DNA of 64,000 nucleotides from an uncultured Candidatus Saccharibacteria bacterium (GCA_964623775.1 CAZUVH010000001.1:155745-219744); one strand, 5' to 3'; shown: positions 19,116-30,341, counted from the first letter of the stretch. The notes: a model not told the origin generated them from the letters alone. A program made the numbers and translations.

Positions 19116-20180
19116 TTATTCGTCAGCGGTTGCGGCGGTCTTAGCCAGGGGACCACCTTCGGCGAGCGCTTTTTTGATATCTTTGATGAGTTGGTTGATG
19201 ACGGGCTTGTTCTCGCGCAAGAATGTGCGCGCCGCATCGTAGCCGCGACCCATCTTGATCTCACCAATCGAATAGGCACCACCAGAAGATTTCTGTACGA
19301 GGCCAAGCTTCTCGCCGAGTGCGAGTGATTCACCCTCGCGCGAGATACCTTCACCGTACATCATGTCGAATTCAGTCTGACGGAAAGGTGCAGCGACTTT
19401 GTTTTTTACAATCTTTACGCGGTGGCGGCCACCCATCACCTCATCGCCCTTCTTGATCTGCGCAATGCGACGGATGTCGACGCGGACCGATGTGTAGAAT
19501 TTGAGCGCCTTGCCTCCCGGAGTCGTCTCGGGATTGCCAAACATGACGCCGATCTGCATGCGGATTTGATTGATGAAAATAATGACCGTCTTTGTCTTGG
19601 AGACGATCGCGGTGAGCTTGCGGAGCGCCTGACTCATGAGGCGAGCTTGCTTGCCCACGTGCTGCGCACCCATATCGCCCTCGATCTCGTCTTTGGGGGT
19701 GAGTGCTGCGACGGAGTCGATCACGATGACATCGATCTTGCCTGATCGCACGAGCGACTCGGTGATCTCGAGCGCCTGCTCACCGGTGTCCGGCTGCGAT
19801 ACGAGCAACTCCTCGATCTTCACGCCGAGTTTCTTGGCATACTCCGGATCAAGCGCGTGCTCGGCATCAATGAATGCGCATACGCCGCCCTTTTTTTGCG
19901 CTTCGGCGATCACGTGGAGGGAGAGGGTGGTCTTACCTGAAGACTCAGGTCCAAAAATTTCAATGATGCGTCCTCGCGGCATGCCGCCGATACCGAGCGC
20001 CCAGTCGACACCGATTGAGCCCGTAGAAATCGCGTTTACATCCACTTTCGGCTGCGCGCCGAGCATCATGATCGATTCATCACCGAATTTTGTCTTGATC
20101 GAGGCGAGCGCGCGCTCAATGTCGGCATCTGATCCGGTGCCGGTAACTTTGGGAGGAGCCTTTACTTTTTTCTTTGGCAT
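19116..20180 (-). CDS. recA: recombinase RecA
   Basis: [10 protein letters not shown] Walker A and full-length RecA similarity. Confidence 0.95.
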   Translation of the reverse strand: MPKKKVKAPPKVTGTGSDADIERALASIKTKFGDESIMMLGAQPKVDVNAISTGSIGVDWALGIGGMPRGRIIEIFGPESSGKTTLSLHVIAEAQKKGGVCAFIDAEHALDPEYAKKLGVKIEELLVSQPDTGEQALEITESLVRSGKIDVIVIDSVAALTPKDEIEGDMGAQHVGKQARLMSQALRKLTAIVSKTKTVIIFINQIRMQIGVMFGNPETTPGGKALKFYTSVRVDIRRIAQIKKGDEVMGGRHRVKIVKNKVAAPFRQTEFDMMYGEGISREGESLALGEKLGLVQKSSGGAYSIGEIKMGRGYDAARTFLRENKPVINQLIKDIKKALAEGGPLAKTAATADE

Positions 20181-20474
20181 AAAAAGTGCATGAGATTCTT
20201 ATTAAATTAAGTAGGGGAAGTATACCGCGCTTTCTGTGACGGCAATCTTGCCAGTTCATCAAAAATGACGGGAAATGCGGCTATTTTGGGACACAATGTT
20301 TCGACACAAAGATCGGTTGCGCAGGGGAGCAAATAGCGGGAAAATGGCACGACAATCAAATATGTCGCGGCGCGCAATAGGGGTAGGCCTCATTTCTATA
20401 ATTGTGTGCTTTTTAGCTACGACCTACCCGGTGCATGCCGACACTTTCATTTTTGAATCTGTTACAATATCGAA

Positions 20475-21182
20475 ATGAAAAATTTTGTTGCGCTGGGATT
20501 AGCGATCGTGATTACGATGGTGGGGGCGTACTATTTGGGCGGCTCGAGTGGTTCAATTGCGATAGAGGCCGAGGCTGCGAGACAAGCGGCCGATGCATTT
20601 TCTACCGCCCAATCAAGTGATGCCCCGGCCGCAGCGGCCTCAGCACCTGTCGTGGCAGAGCCGACTGCCGCAGCGCCCGCGCAGTCCGGCGAGCAGAAAA
20701 AAATCACGAAAGCGACCCTCCACACCAATAAAGGGGATATCTCGATCGAGTTTTTCGTCCCTGATGCACCCAATACGGTCGCCAATTTCGTCGAGCTTTC
20801 AAAGGCGGGTTTTTATAACGGCACCAAATTCCATCGTGTCATCAAAGGGTTCATGATCCAGGGCGGTGATCCCTTGAGCAAGGATGATACTCGCCCGGAG
20901 ATGTGGGGAAGAGGAGGTCCTGGGTACACCTTTGCCGACGAGATTCACGCCAACAATCACAATATGGTCGGCACGATCGCAATGGCGAATTCTGGACCCA
21001 ATACCAACGGCAGCCAGTTCTTCATCAATGTCACCAACAATAATTACCTCGACGGCAAACACACGGTCTTTGGCAGGGTAGTTGCGGGAGCCGATGTCGT
21101 GCAGGCGATCGAGAACACAGCGACAGGCGAAGCGGATCGACCGCTCGAGCCCATGGTAATCAAGAGCATTTCTTTGCAGTAA
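20475..21182 (+). CDS. peptidyl-prolyl cis-trans isomerase, cyclophilin type, membrane-anchored/secreted
   Basis: FHRVIKGFMIQGGDP and GRGGPGYTFADE, plus an N-terminal TM/signal segment. Confidence 0.85.
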   Translation: MKNFVALGLAIVITMVGAYYLGGSSGSIAIEAEAARQAADAFSTAQSSDAPAAAASAPVVAEPTAAAPAQSGEQKKITKATLHTNKGDISIEFFVPDAPNTVANFVELSKAGFYNGTKFHRVIKGFMIQGGDPLSKDDTRPEMWGRGGPGYTFADEIHANNHNMVGTIAMANSGPNTNGSQFFINVTNNNYLDGKHTVFGRVVAGADVVQAIENTATGEADRPLEPMVIKSISLQ

Positions 21183-21248
21183 TTTAGCAATAAATCCTTG
21201 TTAATTACTCATCATTGCGTGACCTGACAATAAGGGTTATCAATAGGG

Positions 21249-22436
21249 ATGCTTGAGTGGATGGGCTCTCTATTAAGTAAGATAATAGCAGTACTCGTTG
21301 GCGGTTTTGCGGTTTTCAACGCTACGTCCACGCCAATCCTCCCGGTTTCTCCAACTCCAACTCCAACTTCCACTGAACCACAGATGGTAACTTCGTCCGA
21401 AATCGAAGACTTAAGGCAGCTTCTTGAACAAGAGAAAATCGCGCGGTTAAAATTGGAAGCTCAACTTTCTTCAGGGGCCAAGAAGCCTATTATCCAACCC
21501 CCGGCAACTGCCCCCGCAGCACAGAGTTCAGCCAAACAAATAAAAACATTCACCATGCCGAGCGGGGCCGTGATTGATGAAAATGGCAACGTAATATCGT
21601 CCCCGGTAGCTCAGGGGTCGACTGATTCGGGATTATCAACAGCGCAGATTTCTGGAACCTTAACGCCATCAGTTGTACTCCTGGGTCCAATGGACTCAGC
21701 CGGGCATATAACCGGTACCGGGAGTGGCGTGGCTATTAATGACGGCCGATTTATTCTTACAAATGCGCATGTTGTTGGTAATTCCTCGTTTATTGCAATA
21801 AAGACTGATGACGGAGATGTTTTCACTGGAACAGTGAAAGGCTCCAATCATTTTGCTGATCTGGCCATAGTCTACACAGGTGGAAAAAAGATACCGCCTG
21901 CAAAATTTGGTAAATCAGACGCTATATCTTTGCCGATAGGAAGCGAAGTCTACGCATTTGGATACCCGCTTACGTTACTTGGGAACGTAACCGTAACAAG
22001 GGGTATTATTTCCGCGCGTCAAAAATTTGACGGCATCACACATTTACAAACGGACGCGAATATCCACCATGGAAACAGCGGCGGACCCTTAGTAAATAAA
22101 TACGGTGAAATTATTGGTATCAATAGCTCAGTGTTGAAGGATCAAAATTACAATACCCAGGCGGCAGGTATTGGTTTTGCCATCCCAATAGATTATGCGC
22201 AGACTCTTATTCCAGGACTTATAGAGGGGTCGCCGAGTGTATACGGTAGCCAAGTAACGCAGACCGCAACGCAGAACGGCTCACTTACAATTCCGAGAAG
22301 CATCATTACGAGTATTGAATATAATCCCGATCTGCAGTGTTCCCAGTTCGGTCTTACTGTTGCCGATGCGGCGATCTGCGATAAATACAAAAATCAGCGC
22401 AATAGTTACAGCTGGACAATAGATGAGTCACGCTGA
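21249..22436 (+). CDS. trypsin-like serine protease (S1C/HtrA-like catalytic domain, no obvious PDZ), membrane-anchored
   Basis: TNAHVV, DLA and GNSGGPL catalytic triad context. AT-rich gene. Confidence 0.65.
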   Translation: MLEWMGSLLSKIIAVLVGGFAVFNATSTPILPVSPTPTPTSTEPQMVTSSEIEDLRQLLEQEKIARLKLEAQLSSGAKKPIIQPPATAPAAQSSAKQIKTFTMPSGAVIDENGNVISSPVAQGSTDSGLSTAQISGTLTPSVVLLGPMDSAGHITGTGSGVAINDGRFILTNAHVVGNSSFIAIKTDDGDVFTGTVKGSNHFADLAIVYTGGKKIPPAKFGKSDAISLPIGSEVYAFGYPLTLLGNVTVTRGIISARQKFDGITHLQTDANIHHGNSGGPLVNKYGEIIGINSSVLKDQNYNTQAAGIGFAIPIDYAQTLIPGLIEGSPSVYGSQVTQTATQNGSLTIPRSIITSIEYNPDLQCSQFGLTVADAAICDKYKNQRNSYSWTIDESR

Positions 22437-22491
22437 CCGCCACTTCCGATGAGGAGACAGGGGGAGAAGCATTTTGAGCCGTAAGCTTCCT

Positions 22492-22893
22492 CTAATCCGT
22501 TTTCTCTAGAGTTGAAGTGCCTGTGGGTGTTGTGGGGGTCTGATTTATAACGGGGGCGTAGACGATCTCGATGACTTTCCGGCGGGTGCGGCCGTATTTG
22601 TCGATTGCGTCGAGTGTGATGTGATTATTGCCTGGTGCGAGTATGAACGGTTCGTTGAATATCCCGTCCTCGGTCACGGAAATTTGTTTTCCGTTCATCG
22701 ATAGCGCAGTGATGCGCTCGGCCTTTCCGCGTATGGTCACCGCAGGCTCATATACCATAGTGACACCCGATGTGATGGTGATTACCGGTCCAAAGAGTAG
22801 CCCGCGTGCCTCGTAATATCCGTAGCCGATGATAAGTATGAAGAAAACAATGAGTGCGATCTTTGTCACGCGACTATCGCGATGGGGAAGCAT
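22492..22893 (-). CDS. hypothetical membrane-anchored protein
   Basis: Sits 24 bp downstream of ftsK on the same strand. One TM helix. Confidence 0.35.
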   Translation of the reverse strand: MLPHRDSRVTKIALIVFFILIIGYGYYEARGLLFGPVITITSGVTMVYEPAVTIRGKAERITALSMNGKQISVTEDGIFNEPFILAPGNNHITLDAIDKYGRTRRKVIEIVYAPVINQTPTTPTGTSTLEKTD

Positions 22894-22916
22894 GCGTTTA
22901 TTCTACTCTATATTAA

Positions 22917-25184
22917 CTACGCCCTCTCCTCGTCTGTTTCCGCAGTTTCGTCCATGGGTTCTGCGGCGAGCTCATCCGCGTTGCCTGCACCGATCACTTC
23001 ACGTGGCTTTGCGCCATCTGCAGGCCCTACGACGCCACGATCTTCGAGCATATCGATCAATTTTGCGGCACGTGCGTACCCGACACCGAGCTTACGCTGA
23101 AGGTATGAGGTAGAAGCCTTACCAGCTTCGATCACCGTTTGTTTCGCTTGGCTATAGAGCTCGTCTTCCTCGCCGTCGTCAGACATTGAATTGAATATCG
23201 CATCAGGGCCACCAGCCTGGCCACGCTCAGTAAAATCAATTTCGCTCGTGAGCGTAGTTTCGTTGTTGCTGATGATATGTTTTACGACCTGCTTTACCTC
23301 CGCCTCAGAAATGTACGGAGCTTGGATACGGTTGGGCTTCGACATTTCGCCCGAGAGGAAGAGCATGTCGCCGGCACCGAGCAATTTTTCGGCACCGCTG
23401 CCATCGAGAATGGTGCGTGAGTCGATCTGCGATGCCACCTGGAGTGCCAATCGAGCCGGGATGTTCGCCTTGATGAGGCCCGTGATGACTTTTACTGACG
23501 GGCGTTGTGTCGAGAGAATGAGGTGAATACCGACAGCGCGGCTCATCTGCGCAAGTCGGACGATACTGCCCTCCAATTCACGCGGGTAGGTGGACATGAT
23601 GTCGGCGAGCTCGTCGACGATAACGACGATGTAGGGCATTGCCTCTGGCATGGGCTGACTCTCGTCCATGGCTTCGAGCGCAGGTGCCACGATGTTTTTA
23701 TGATAGGAAGCGATGTCGCGCACGCGCTCTTGTTCCAAGATGCCGTACCTGCGTTCCATTTCTTTGGTGAGCCACTTCATCGCGAGGATCGTCTTCTTTG
23801 GATCGGTGATGACGGGAGTCAAAAGGTGGGGGATCGAGTTGTACCCGGTCAATTCCACGCGCTTTGGATCGACAAGAATGAAACGAAGACGCTCCGGGCC
23901 GCATCTATAAAGGAGCGAGACAATGAAATTGTGGATCGTTACCGATTTGCCGGCACCGGTCGTGCCCGCGACGAGCATGTGTGGCATTTTTGCGAGATCC
24001 GCGTATTGCGCCTGGCCTGTGATGGTACGGCCGAGCGCCATCATGAGTGGCTTCTCAGATGATACAAATTGCTCCTCTGTCATGAGGGGCGCGAGACCGA
24101 GCGTGGTGCGCGAGATGTTCGGCACTTCGATGCCGACGAGCGATTTGCCGGGGATCGGAGCCTCGATGCGGATAGGGGAGGCGGCGAGGGCGAGCTCGAG
24201 ATTGCTTTGCAGTGCGATGATCTTGGAGAGTCGGACGCCTTCGGCAGGTTTCATCGCGTAGCGAGTGACTGTCGGGCCGATCGATGCTTCGTCCATCTCC
24301 ACCTGTATGCCGAAATTCTGGAGCGTACGCTTGATGATGTTCATGTTGGCCTTTACGTCGCCCACCTCCGGCTTGCCTTTATTTTTTGCCAATATCGAAA
24401 CGGGCGGGGGATTGTAGGTGCTGCCGGTCGCGGCGATGATAGGGAAGCCCTCGACCGAACTACCGTTGCCGAATGTGCTTATCTGCGCTTCTTTCTCGGG
24501 CTTTTTCGCAAGAGGTGCCGGAGCGGGAATCTCGTCTTCCTCGTCTATCTCTTCTTCCGCTTCGTCCTCTTCAGAATCTTCTTCCGGCAGCCCGCTTACG
24601 GTTGCCTCATCGACGTCATCTTCTTCCTCGGCGTCCTCATCCTTCGCAGCAAACCATGCGCGGATTTTTACGATGAGTTCACGCAAATCCGCATCGAATG
24701 CGATGACAAGAGATATGAGTATGAAAGCTACAAGGAAAATGACCGTCGCAACGGTGTCGACTGCGGCAACGAGTGGGGAAGAGATGGCCGCCCCAATGAC
24801 GCCGCCTCTGCTCGGGAAGGCGAGATTGATCATGCCTAATCCGGAGAGTAAGAAAATGCCTATACAAATGAATTGGATCCAGCCAAAGTGTTTTTCGAAT
24901 GAACGAAAAATAAGCATCGCGAGCATGATGAGCGATATAGGAAAAAGTAAATAGCCGACACCCAAAAGCCACGTGAGCGATGCAAACACGACTTTGCCAA
25001 AATCCCCTCCCCCGCCGAAATATGCAAGCGTAAGGAATCCGGCGAGAGCCATAAAAAGAATCGCAAAAACGCCGCGCATCGCGGCTCCGCTCACACCCCT
25101 TTCACTCGATGAGTCGTCGTCATCTTCGCGTGCTCTGCTGCGCGAATTTTTGGCGCGCTTCTTGGATGCCATGGCGACAATCAT
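22917..25184 (-). CDS. ftsK: DNA translocase FtsK/SpoIIIE
   Basis: N-terminal TM helices, Glu/Asp-rich linker, GTTGAGKS Walker A and a gamma-domain winged helix at the C-terminus. Confidence 0.9.
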   Translation of the reverse strand: MIVAMASKKRAKNSRSRAREDDDDSSSERGVSGAAMRGVFAILFMALAGFLTLAYFGGGGDFGKVVFASLTWLLGVGYLLFPISLIMLAMLIFRSFEKHFGWIQFICIGIFLLSGLGMINLAFPSRGGVIGAAISSPLVAAVDTVATVIFLVAFILISLVIAFDADLRELIVKIRAWFAAKDEDAEEEDDVDEATVSGLPEEDSEEDEAEEEIDEEDEIPAPAPLAKKPEKEAQISTFGNGSSVEGFPIIAATGSTYNPPPVSILAKNKGKPEVGDVKANMNIIKRTLQNFGIQVEMDEASIGPTVTRYAMKPAEGVRLSKIIALQSNLELALAASPIRIEAPIPGKSLVGIEVPNISRTTLGLAPLMTEEQFVSSEKPLMMALGRTITGQAQYADLAKMPHMLVAGTTGAGKSVTIHNFIVSLLYRCGPERLRFILVDPKRVELTGYNSIPHLLTPVITDPKKTILAMKWLTKEMERRYGILEQERVRDIASYHKNIVAPALEAMDESQPMPEAMPYIVVIVDELADIMSTYPRELEGSIVRLAQMSRAVGIHLILSTQRPSVKVITGLIKANIPARLALQVASQIDSRTILDGSGAEKLLGAGDMLFLSGEMSKPNRIQAPYISEAEVKQVVKHIISNNETTLTSEIDFTERGQAGGPDAIFNSMSDDGEEDELYSQAKQTVIEAGKASTSYLQRKLGVGYARAAKLIDMLEDRGVVGPADGAKPREVIGAGNADELAAEPMDETAETDEERA

Positions 25185-25328
25185 AGCACGCTGTGGATAA
25201 CACCTTTTCGCACGGCGAAGATCGCAGTGGTGGGATCGCGTCCGGTTCCTTGCGAGCGTCCTTTTGCAGCTGTATATTTCTCTGACCAATAGACATGAGA
25301 CACACAAAAGACATATAATGAACAGATC

Positions 25329-26081
25329 ATGGACTATCTAAAAGACGGACAAAAAGCTGACTCCATCGCTCGATTCGTGGATAATCAGGAGGTCAAGACC
25401 AGTCCCTTCGGCGACAACCGCATTGGCGAGCGCGCGTACAAACGAGCCGAGCGCATTGTTGCGGCTCTCCACCTCCTCACCAATCACGTCGCAGCCGATG
25501 AGCCCGCGCGCGAAATGATCCGTCGCAAGGGTCTCGAACTCCTCTCGGAGGTACTAGAACTCCGCGACAAAATGCGCGCCTCAGCATCTGCCGATTTCAC
25601 GGCCGTTCAGGCATCGATCCGGAATCTTATATCACTGCTCCGCATGCTCGCGGTCGGGGGCTCCATTTCCATACAAAACGGCGAAATCGTCATAGATGCA
25701 CTCGACGAACTGGGAAATTTCCTCGTAACATCGGTGCGCTCGTCGTTCACTGAGAGTATACGATTGTCTCGTGAGGATCTTTTAGATGTACGAGAGTCGA
25801 CAGTGAAATATATAAAGGACAAGGACATAAAGGACAATAGGACAAAGGACGGGCCTGTGCATGGGGCACATGGATCCGATAGCAATGGTCACACCTCTCT
25901 CAGAGCAGAGCGGATTGTTGCCGTGCTTCGCCAAGGGGGCGAATTCGGCATTAGAGACATCGTTTCACACCTGCCCGAATATAGTGAAAAGATGATCCAG
26001 AGGGAGCTGGCTCAGCTCGTGCAGGCCGGTAAGGCAAAAAAAGCAGGTCTCAAGCGCTGGAGTAAGTATTCTATTGTATAA
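25329..26081 (+). CDS. hypothetical protein with C-terminal winged-helix-like segment
   Basis: 250 aa. Internal repeat RAERIVAxL near both ends. Confidence 0.45.
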   Translation: MDYLKDGQKADSIARFVDNQEVKTSPFGDNRIGERAYKRAERIVAALHLLTNHVAADEPAREMIRRKGLELLSEVLELRDKMRASASADFTAVQASIRNLISLLRMLAVGGSISIQNGEIVIDALDELGNFLVTSVRSSFTESIRLSREDLLDVRESTVKYIKDKDIKDNRTKDGPVHGAHGSDSNGHTSLRAERIVAVLRQGGEFGIRDIVSHLPEYSEKMIQRELAQLVQAGKAKKAGLKRWSKYSIV

Positions 26082-26822
26082 ATCAGTCCCTTTTACTCCT
26101 TTATCGACCTTTTTGCCTCTTCATGATGAATGAAAGAAGTATGAAAGAGATGGCTCTACAGAGCGTCTCTATTATTGACTCCGCTAGGGTACTGCTGTAA
26201 TGTGCGGGCATAACTTTTGCGCCTAAGGGTCACCCAATGAGTAGTCCGAAAAGGGCGTTTGTTGAGCGATTTTTTACGCACAAGTTATCCACAAAGCGGA
26301 GTGATACGCCTCACCCATAGGCACACGTTCTGATATATAATTGTGCTGCGACATCTCTTATTGGAGATGTCACTGCGCATATGGCCGTGCTTCTGGCGTT
26401 GCGTATCCGATTTTGATCTTTGACATTTTCATAAGGAAACGACAGTGGATGAAAAGTCCACACTGTTTGATTAGGCGTGCGCGTCATCGCTTCTGGTGTG
26501 AAGCGTGCGCAAAATACTGACTCTCAGAAAATGTCCCGAGGATTCCGAAAATATTCCGAACGACACATTCCCTTCTTGATGCTAACCTCGCACATCACTT
26601 CTTTTAATTAAGAAAGATTGCGGGCTAGCAAAATACGTACTGCCGAAAAATAAAATTAAAAAATTATTTTTCGCAGTGCTCGGACGAAAGTCCAAATTAT
26701 CAGTTGTCTTCAGTTACTAGTAATTATTAATTGAGACACACTACGCATTCATTTTCTCTGTCGAAAGAAAAATGTATGCGGTTCTGATTTTTAAAATCAG
26801 AATCAAAGGTCAAAACATAAAT

Positions 26823-29800
26823 ATGAGTAAAGCATTAGCAACAAAAAATGTTGCGGCTATCGTTTTGGCTTTCGCTATGATCGTCGGCTTCGCGTTTTCT
26901 TTTGCCACACCGGCAAAGGCAGACATGATGTCTGATCTTCAGGCGCAAGTTCAAGCATTGCTCGCACAGATCTCAGCACTTCAGGGCGGCTCGAGCGCAC
27001 CGGTTTCGGGCGCAGGCTGCTACACCTTCACGCAGAGCCTCAAAAAGGGTTCTACGGGCGGTGAAGTGATGTGGGTCCAAAAATTCCTTAACAGTCATGG
27101 AGCACAGGTAGCTGCTAGCGGCGCCGGCTCTCCGGGTAACGAGACGAGCACCTTCGGTCCTGCGACCGCAGCTGCAGTCAAGAAGTTCCAGGAGTTGCAC
27201 GCTGCTGACGTCCTCACTCCGGTCGGCCTCACGGCTGGTACCGGCAACTGGGGTCCTTCGACTCGCGCAAAGGCAAACGCTCTCTGCGCAGGTTCGACAG
27301 GCGGCACGACAGGCGGCGGCACAACCGTCCCGATGACTGGAAACGTGATGGTTAGCGGCGGTGTACAGCCGGCCAATTCATTGGCTCCGGCAAGCTCTGT
27401 TCGCGTTCCGTTCACGACCTTCACAATCACCAACGGTTCTGGCGCAGCTGTCACCATCAATGGTGTCAAAGTACAGCGCACAGGCCTCGCTCAGGATGTC
27501 AACTTCACTGGCGTAGTCCTCGTTGATTCGAATGGTCTTCAGGTTGGCAACAGCCAGACCCTCAACTCGGATCACATGGCGACGATCGGCGGTACGTGGA
27601 CAATCCCAGCAGGTGCTTCCCAGACCTTCACGGTCGCGGGCAACATCGCTGCGGCTGCTACAGCCAAGTCGGGTGAAGTCGCAAGCCTCTCTGTTGTCGG
27701 TGTAGACACCGCAGCTACGGTTGGCGGTTCTCTCCCGATCACGGGTGCAAGCCACACGATCAACACGACTCTTGCTATCGGTACGCTCACGATCGGCACC
27801 TCACCTGAGGATCCGAGTTCGGCTACCAACAAGAACATCGGCGACACGGGCATCAAGTTCTCAGCCGTCCGCTTCACTGCGGGCTCGGGTGAGGATCTCA
27901 AGCTCTTCTCTGTTCGATGGCGCTTGAACGGCTCCGCTTCGTCTGCCGATATCGGCAACGTAGTGACGGTCGTCAATGGTACGACTTATCCGACGGTTCT
28001 CTCGTCTGATGGTCGTTACTACACCTCGACGTTCCCGGGCGGCATCATGGTCGCCAAGGGTATGTCGGTTGATGTCTTGGTCAAGGGCGATGTCGTCGGC
28101 AACAATGCTGCGGCTCGCACTGTCATCTTCGACATCGACAGAACTTCGGATGTCTACTTTGTAGGTCAGACGTATGGTTATGGTATCGCGTTGCCGACTT
28201 CCTCAACGGGAGGTACGTATGACTCGACCAACCACTCGACTTCTGGCTTCAACACAGCTAGTCAGCCTTGGTTCACGGGCGCGAAGGTCACTGTTCAGGC
28301 TGGTACAGTAACGACCATCCAAAATGCGTCGTCTGTCGCTGCCCAGAACATCCCGACCAACGTTCCGAACACGGTACTCGGCGGATTCATCACGAATTTC
28401 GCGGGTGAAGCAGTCACTGTCTCTGGCATGACCTTCTACCTCACGACGGCCGGCACCGGTGGTATCACCAACGTTTCCCTCGTTGATCAGAACGGCGCTG
28501 TCGTTGCTGGTCCGGTGGATGCATCGTTCTCTGGTACCAACGGCGTTGTCACGTTCACTTCGAACGTAACGTTCCCGGTTGGTTCACGCACCTACACGAT
28601 CAAAGGTAAGCTTGGTAACTCAGGCTTCACGAATGGTCAGACGGTTCAGGCCTCGACGACTCCGTCGGCATGGTCGAGCCCAGTAGGTCAGACCTCGGGT
28701 AACACGATCACGATCTCGACAGGCAACTTCACGATGGCTGTCATGACGGTCCGCACAGGATCGCTCGCTATCACTGCGGCCTCGTCGCCGGCTTCGGCCA
28801 GTGTCGTACGCCCAGCTACGAACGTCCGTCTCGCGAACATCCAGCTCGATGCCTCGCAGTCGGGTGAAGACATGCGCATCTCGAACCTTATTCTCAAGAG
28901 CACGGGTACAGCTCAGGAGGCCAGCCTTAGTGGCTGCCAGCTCTGGGATGGCACGACTGCGCTCAATACTGGTTCGAACGCGGTCAACACTGTCTCGACG
29001 ACAACCACGGTCACCTTCGATAACTCACTTACGATTACGAAGGGTACTGTGAAGACACTCGGATGGTCCTGCAACATTGCTGGCACAGCCAACAGTGGCA
29101 GCACGTACATCTGGGGCGTCAACTCGGGCAACACGATCACCGCAACGGGCGTCCAGTCTGGTAGCTCGTTCACGATCACTCCGACGACAGGTGCAAGTGG
29201 CACGATGACGCTCTCGACGGGCGCTTCAGTCACGATCACTGTTGACTCCTCGTCTCCGTCATACGCCGTACAGGCGGGTGGCGCGACAGGCGTCACGCTC
29301 GGTGTATTCAAGATCCGATCTGCAAATGAGGCTCTTAACCTCACGAAGATTGGTCTCCAGCTCGGTAGTGGTGCAGCAGCTGACCTTGGAACTGTAAGCC
29401 TCTACAACGGCTCCACACTCCTCGGTACTGCGACCTTCACCGGCAGCAATACGAACGCAACCTCGACACTCTCGAGTCCGTTCACAGTTGCTCAGGACAC
29501 CGATGTCTTGATCACGGTCAAGGGCGACCTTGCCATGATCGGCACTGGCCAGCCTGGTACCCAGGGTCAGCTTGTCAAAGTTGAACCTACCAACCAGTGG
29601 GAGGGCACGGGCGTAAGCTCGGGTTCAGTTGTGAATGCAAGCGGCAGCGCCGGAGTAGCTGGTGTCCGCACATTCAAGTCATTCCCGACGGTCGCTCTCG
29701 ACACCTTGTCTTCGACAGGCGTCGCTGACGGTCGCTTGATCCGATTCAAGGTCACGGCTGACAGCCATGGCCCAGTCGGTATCTGGGAGTTCCCGTTCAA

Positions 29801-30221
29801 CGTCGCTACAACGACATTGAGCGTCACGAACTTCGCGCTCTACGGCTACACTGATTCCTCGTACTCTCAGGCCATCTCTGGTCAGGATTCGGGTGGTCAG
29901 ATCGGCGCCACAATCAGCGCGACATCTACGAGCTTCATCGTCTTGCCGACAACCAACCCGGTACAAGTACCGGCTGGCAGCACCTACTACTTCGAGCTTC
30001 GCGGCTCTGTATCGGGTGTGACCTCTGGCGCGTCTGCAGTGACTAAGCTCTTGGGTGACACCACATACAATGGTCTCGCTCAGGCTGCTCAGGTAGCGGG
30101 CAACTTCGTCTGGTCTGCAAATGCAACCACGACGTCGTCAACCTCACACGCTGACTGGTCCAACGGCGCAAGTATTCCTGGCTTGTCGTCGAGCGGCATC
30201 ATCCAGACTCGTTCCAACTAA
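26823..30221 (+). CDS. giant cell-surface (S-layer-like) protein with signal peptide, coiled coil, peptidoglycan-binding domain and T/S/G/V-rich beta repeats
   Basis: Signal peptide (AFSFATPAKA), a PG_binding_1-like segment (GSTGGEVMWVQKFLNSHG ... AVKKFQELH) and about 950 aa of low-complexity beta-rich sequence. A terminator follows. Confidence 0.7.
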   Translation: MSKALATKNVAAIVLAFAMIVGFAFSFATPAKADMMSDLQAQVQALLAQISALQGGSSAPVSGAGCYTFTQSLKKGSTGGEVMWVQKFLNSHGAQVAASGAGSPGNETSTFGPATAAAVKKFQELHAADVLTPVGLTAGTGNWGPSTRAKANALCAGSTGGTTGGGTTVPMTGNVMVSGGVQPANSLAPASSVRVPFTTFTITNGSGAAVTINGVKVQRTGLAQDVNFTGVVLVDSNGLQVGNSQTLNSDHMATIGGTWTIPAGASQTFTVAGNIAAAATAKSGEVASLSVVGVDTAATVGGSLPITGASHTINTTLAIGTLTIGTSPEDPSSATNKNIGDTGIKFSAVRFTAGSGEDLKLFSVRWRLNGSASSADIGNVVTVVNGTTYPTVLSSDGRYYTSTFPGGIMVAKGMSVDVLVKGDVVGNNAAARTVIFDIDRTSDVYFVGQTYGYGIALPTSSTGGTYDSTNHSTSGFNTASQPWFTGAKVTVQAGTVTTIQNASSVAAQNIPTNVPNTVLGGFITNFAGEAVTVSGMTFYLTTAGTGGITNVSLVDQNGAVVAGPVDASFSGTNGVVTFTSNVTFPVGSRTYTIKGKLGNSGFTNGQTVQASTTPSAWSSPVGQTSGNTITISTGNFTMAVMTVRTGSLAITAASSPASASVVRPATNVRLANIQLDASQSGEDMRISNLILKSTGTAQEASLSGCQLWDGTTALNTGSNAVNTVSTTTTVTFDNSLTITKGTVKTLGWSCNIAGTANSGSTYIWGVNSGNTITATGVQSGSSFTITPTTGASGTMTLSTGASVTITVDSSSPSYAVQAGGATGVTLGVFKIRSANEALNLTKIGLQLGSGAAADLGTVSLYNGSTLLGTATFTGSNTNATSTLSSPFTVAQDTDVLITVKGDLAMIGTGQPGTQGQLVKVEPTNQWEGTGVSSGSVVNASGSAGVAGVRTFKSFPTVALDTLSSTGVADGRLIRFKVTADSHGPVGIWEFPFNVATTTLSVTNFALYGYTDSSYSQAISGQDSGGQIGATISATSTSFIVLPTTNPVQVPAGSTYYFELRGSVSGVTSGASAVTKLLGDTTYNGLAQAAQVAGNFVWSANATTTSSTSHADWSNGASIPGLSSSGIIQTRSN

Positions 30222-30265
30222 TCTAGTTGCAACTAGTCACGTTCGTGGCGACAACGCGAACAGCA

Positions 30266-30296
30266 AAACCCCTCTCCGAAAGGAGAGGGGTTTTTG
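30266..30296 (+). terminator. rho-independent terminator
   Basis: aaacccctctccgaaaggagaggggttttt. Confidence 0.75.
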
Positions 30297-30341
30297 CGTT
30301 GCGACTCGGCGACCTTTATTCCCACTCAATCCCTTTGTATA

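Noticed and set aside
20275-20478. 67-aa ORF between recA and the PPIase gene
   Set aside because: It lies in the divergent promoter region, has no RBS and is likely non-coding.
23505-24954. + strand ORFs (185, 256 and 178 aa) inside ftsK
   Set aside because: They are antisense to ftsK. One is an Ser/Ala low-complexity mirror of the Glu/Asp-rich linker.
25192-26294. Isolated exact DnaA boxes (TGTGGATAA at 25192-25200 and TTATCCACA at 26286-26294)
   Set aside because: Single 9-mers are expected about 0.5 times by chance in 64 kb. They are not clustered, so they are not called as an origin on their own.
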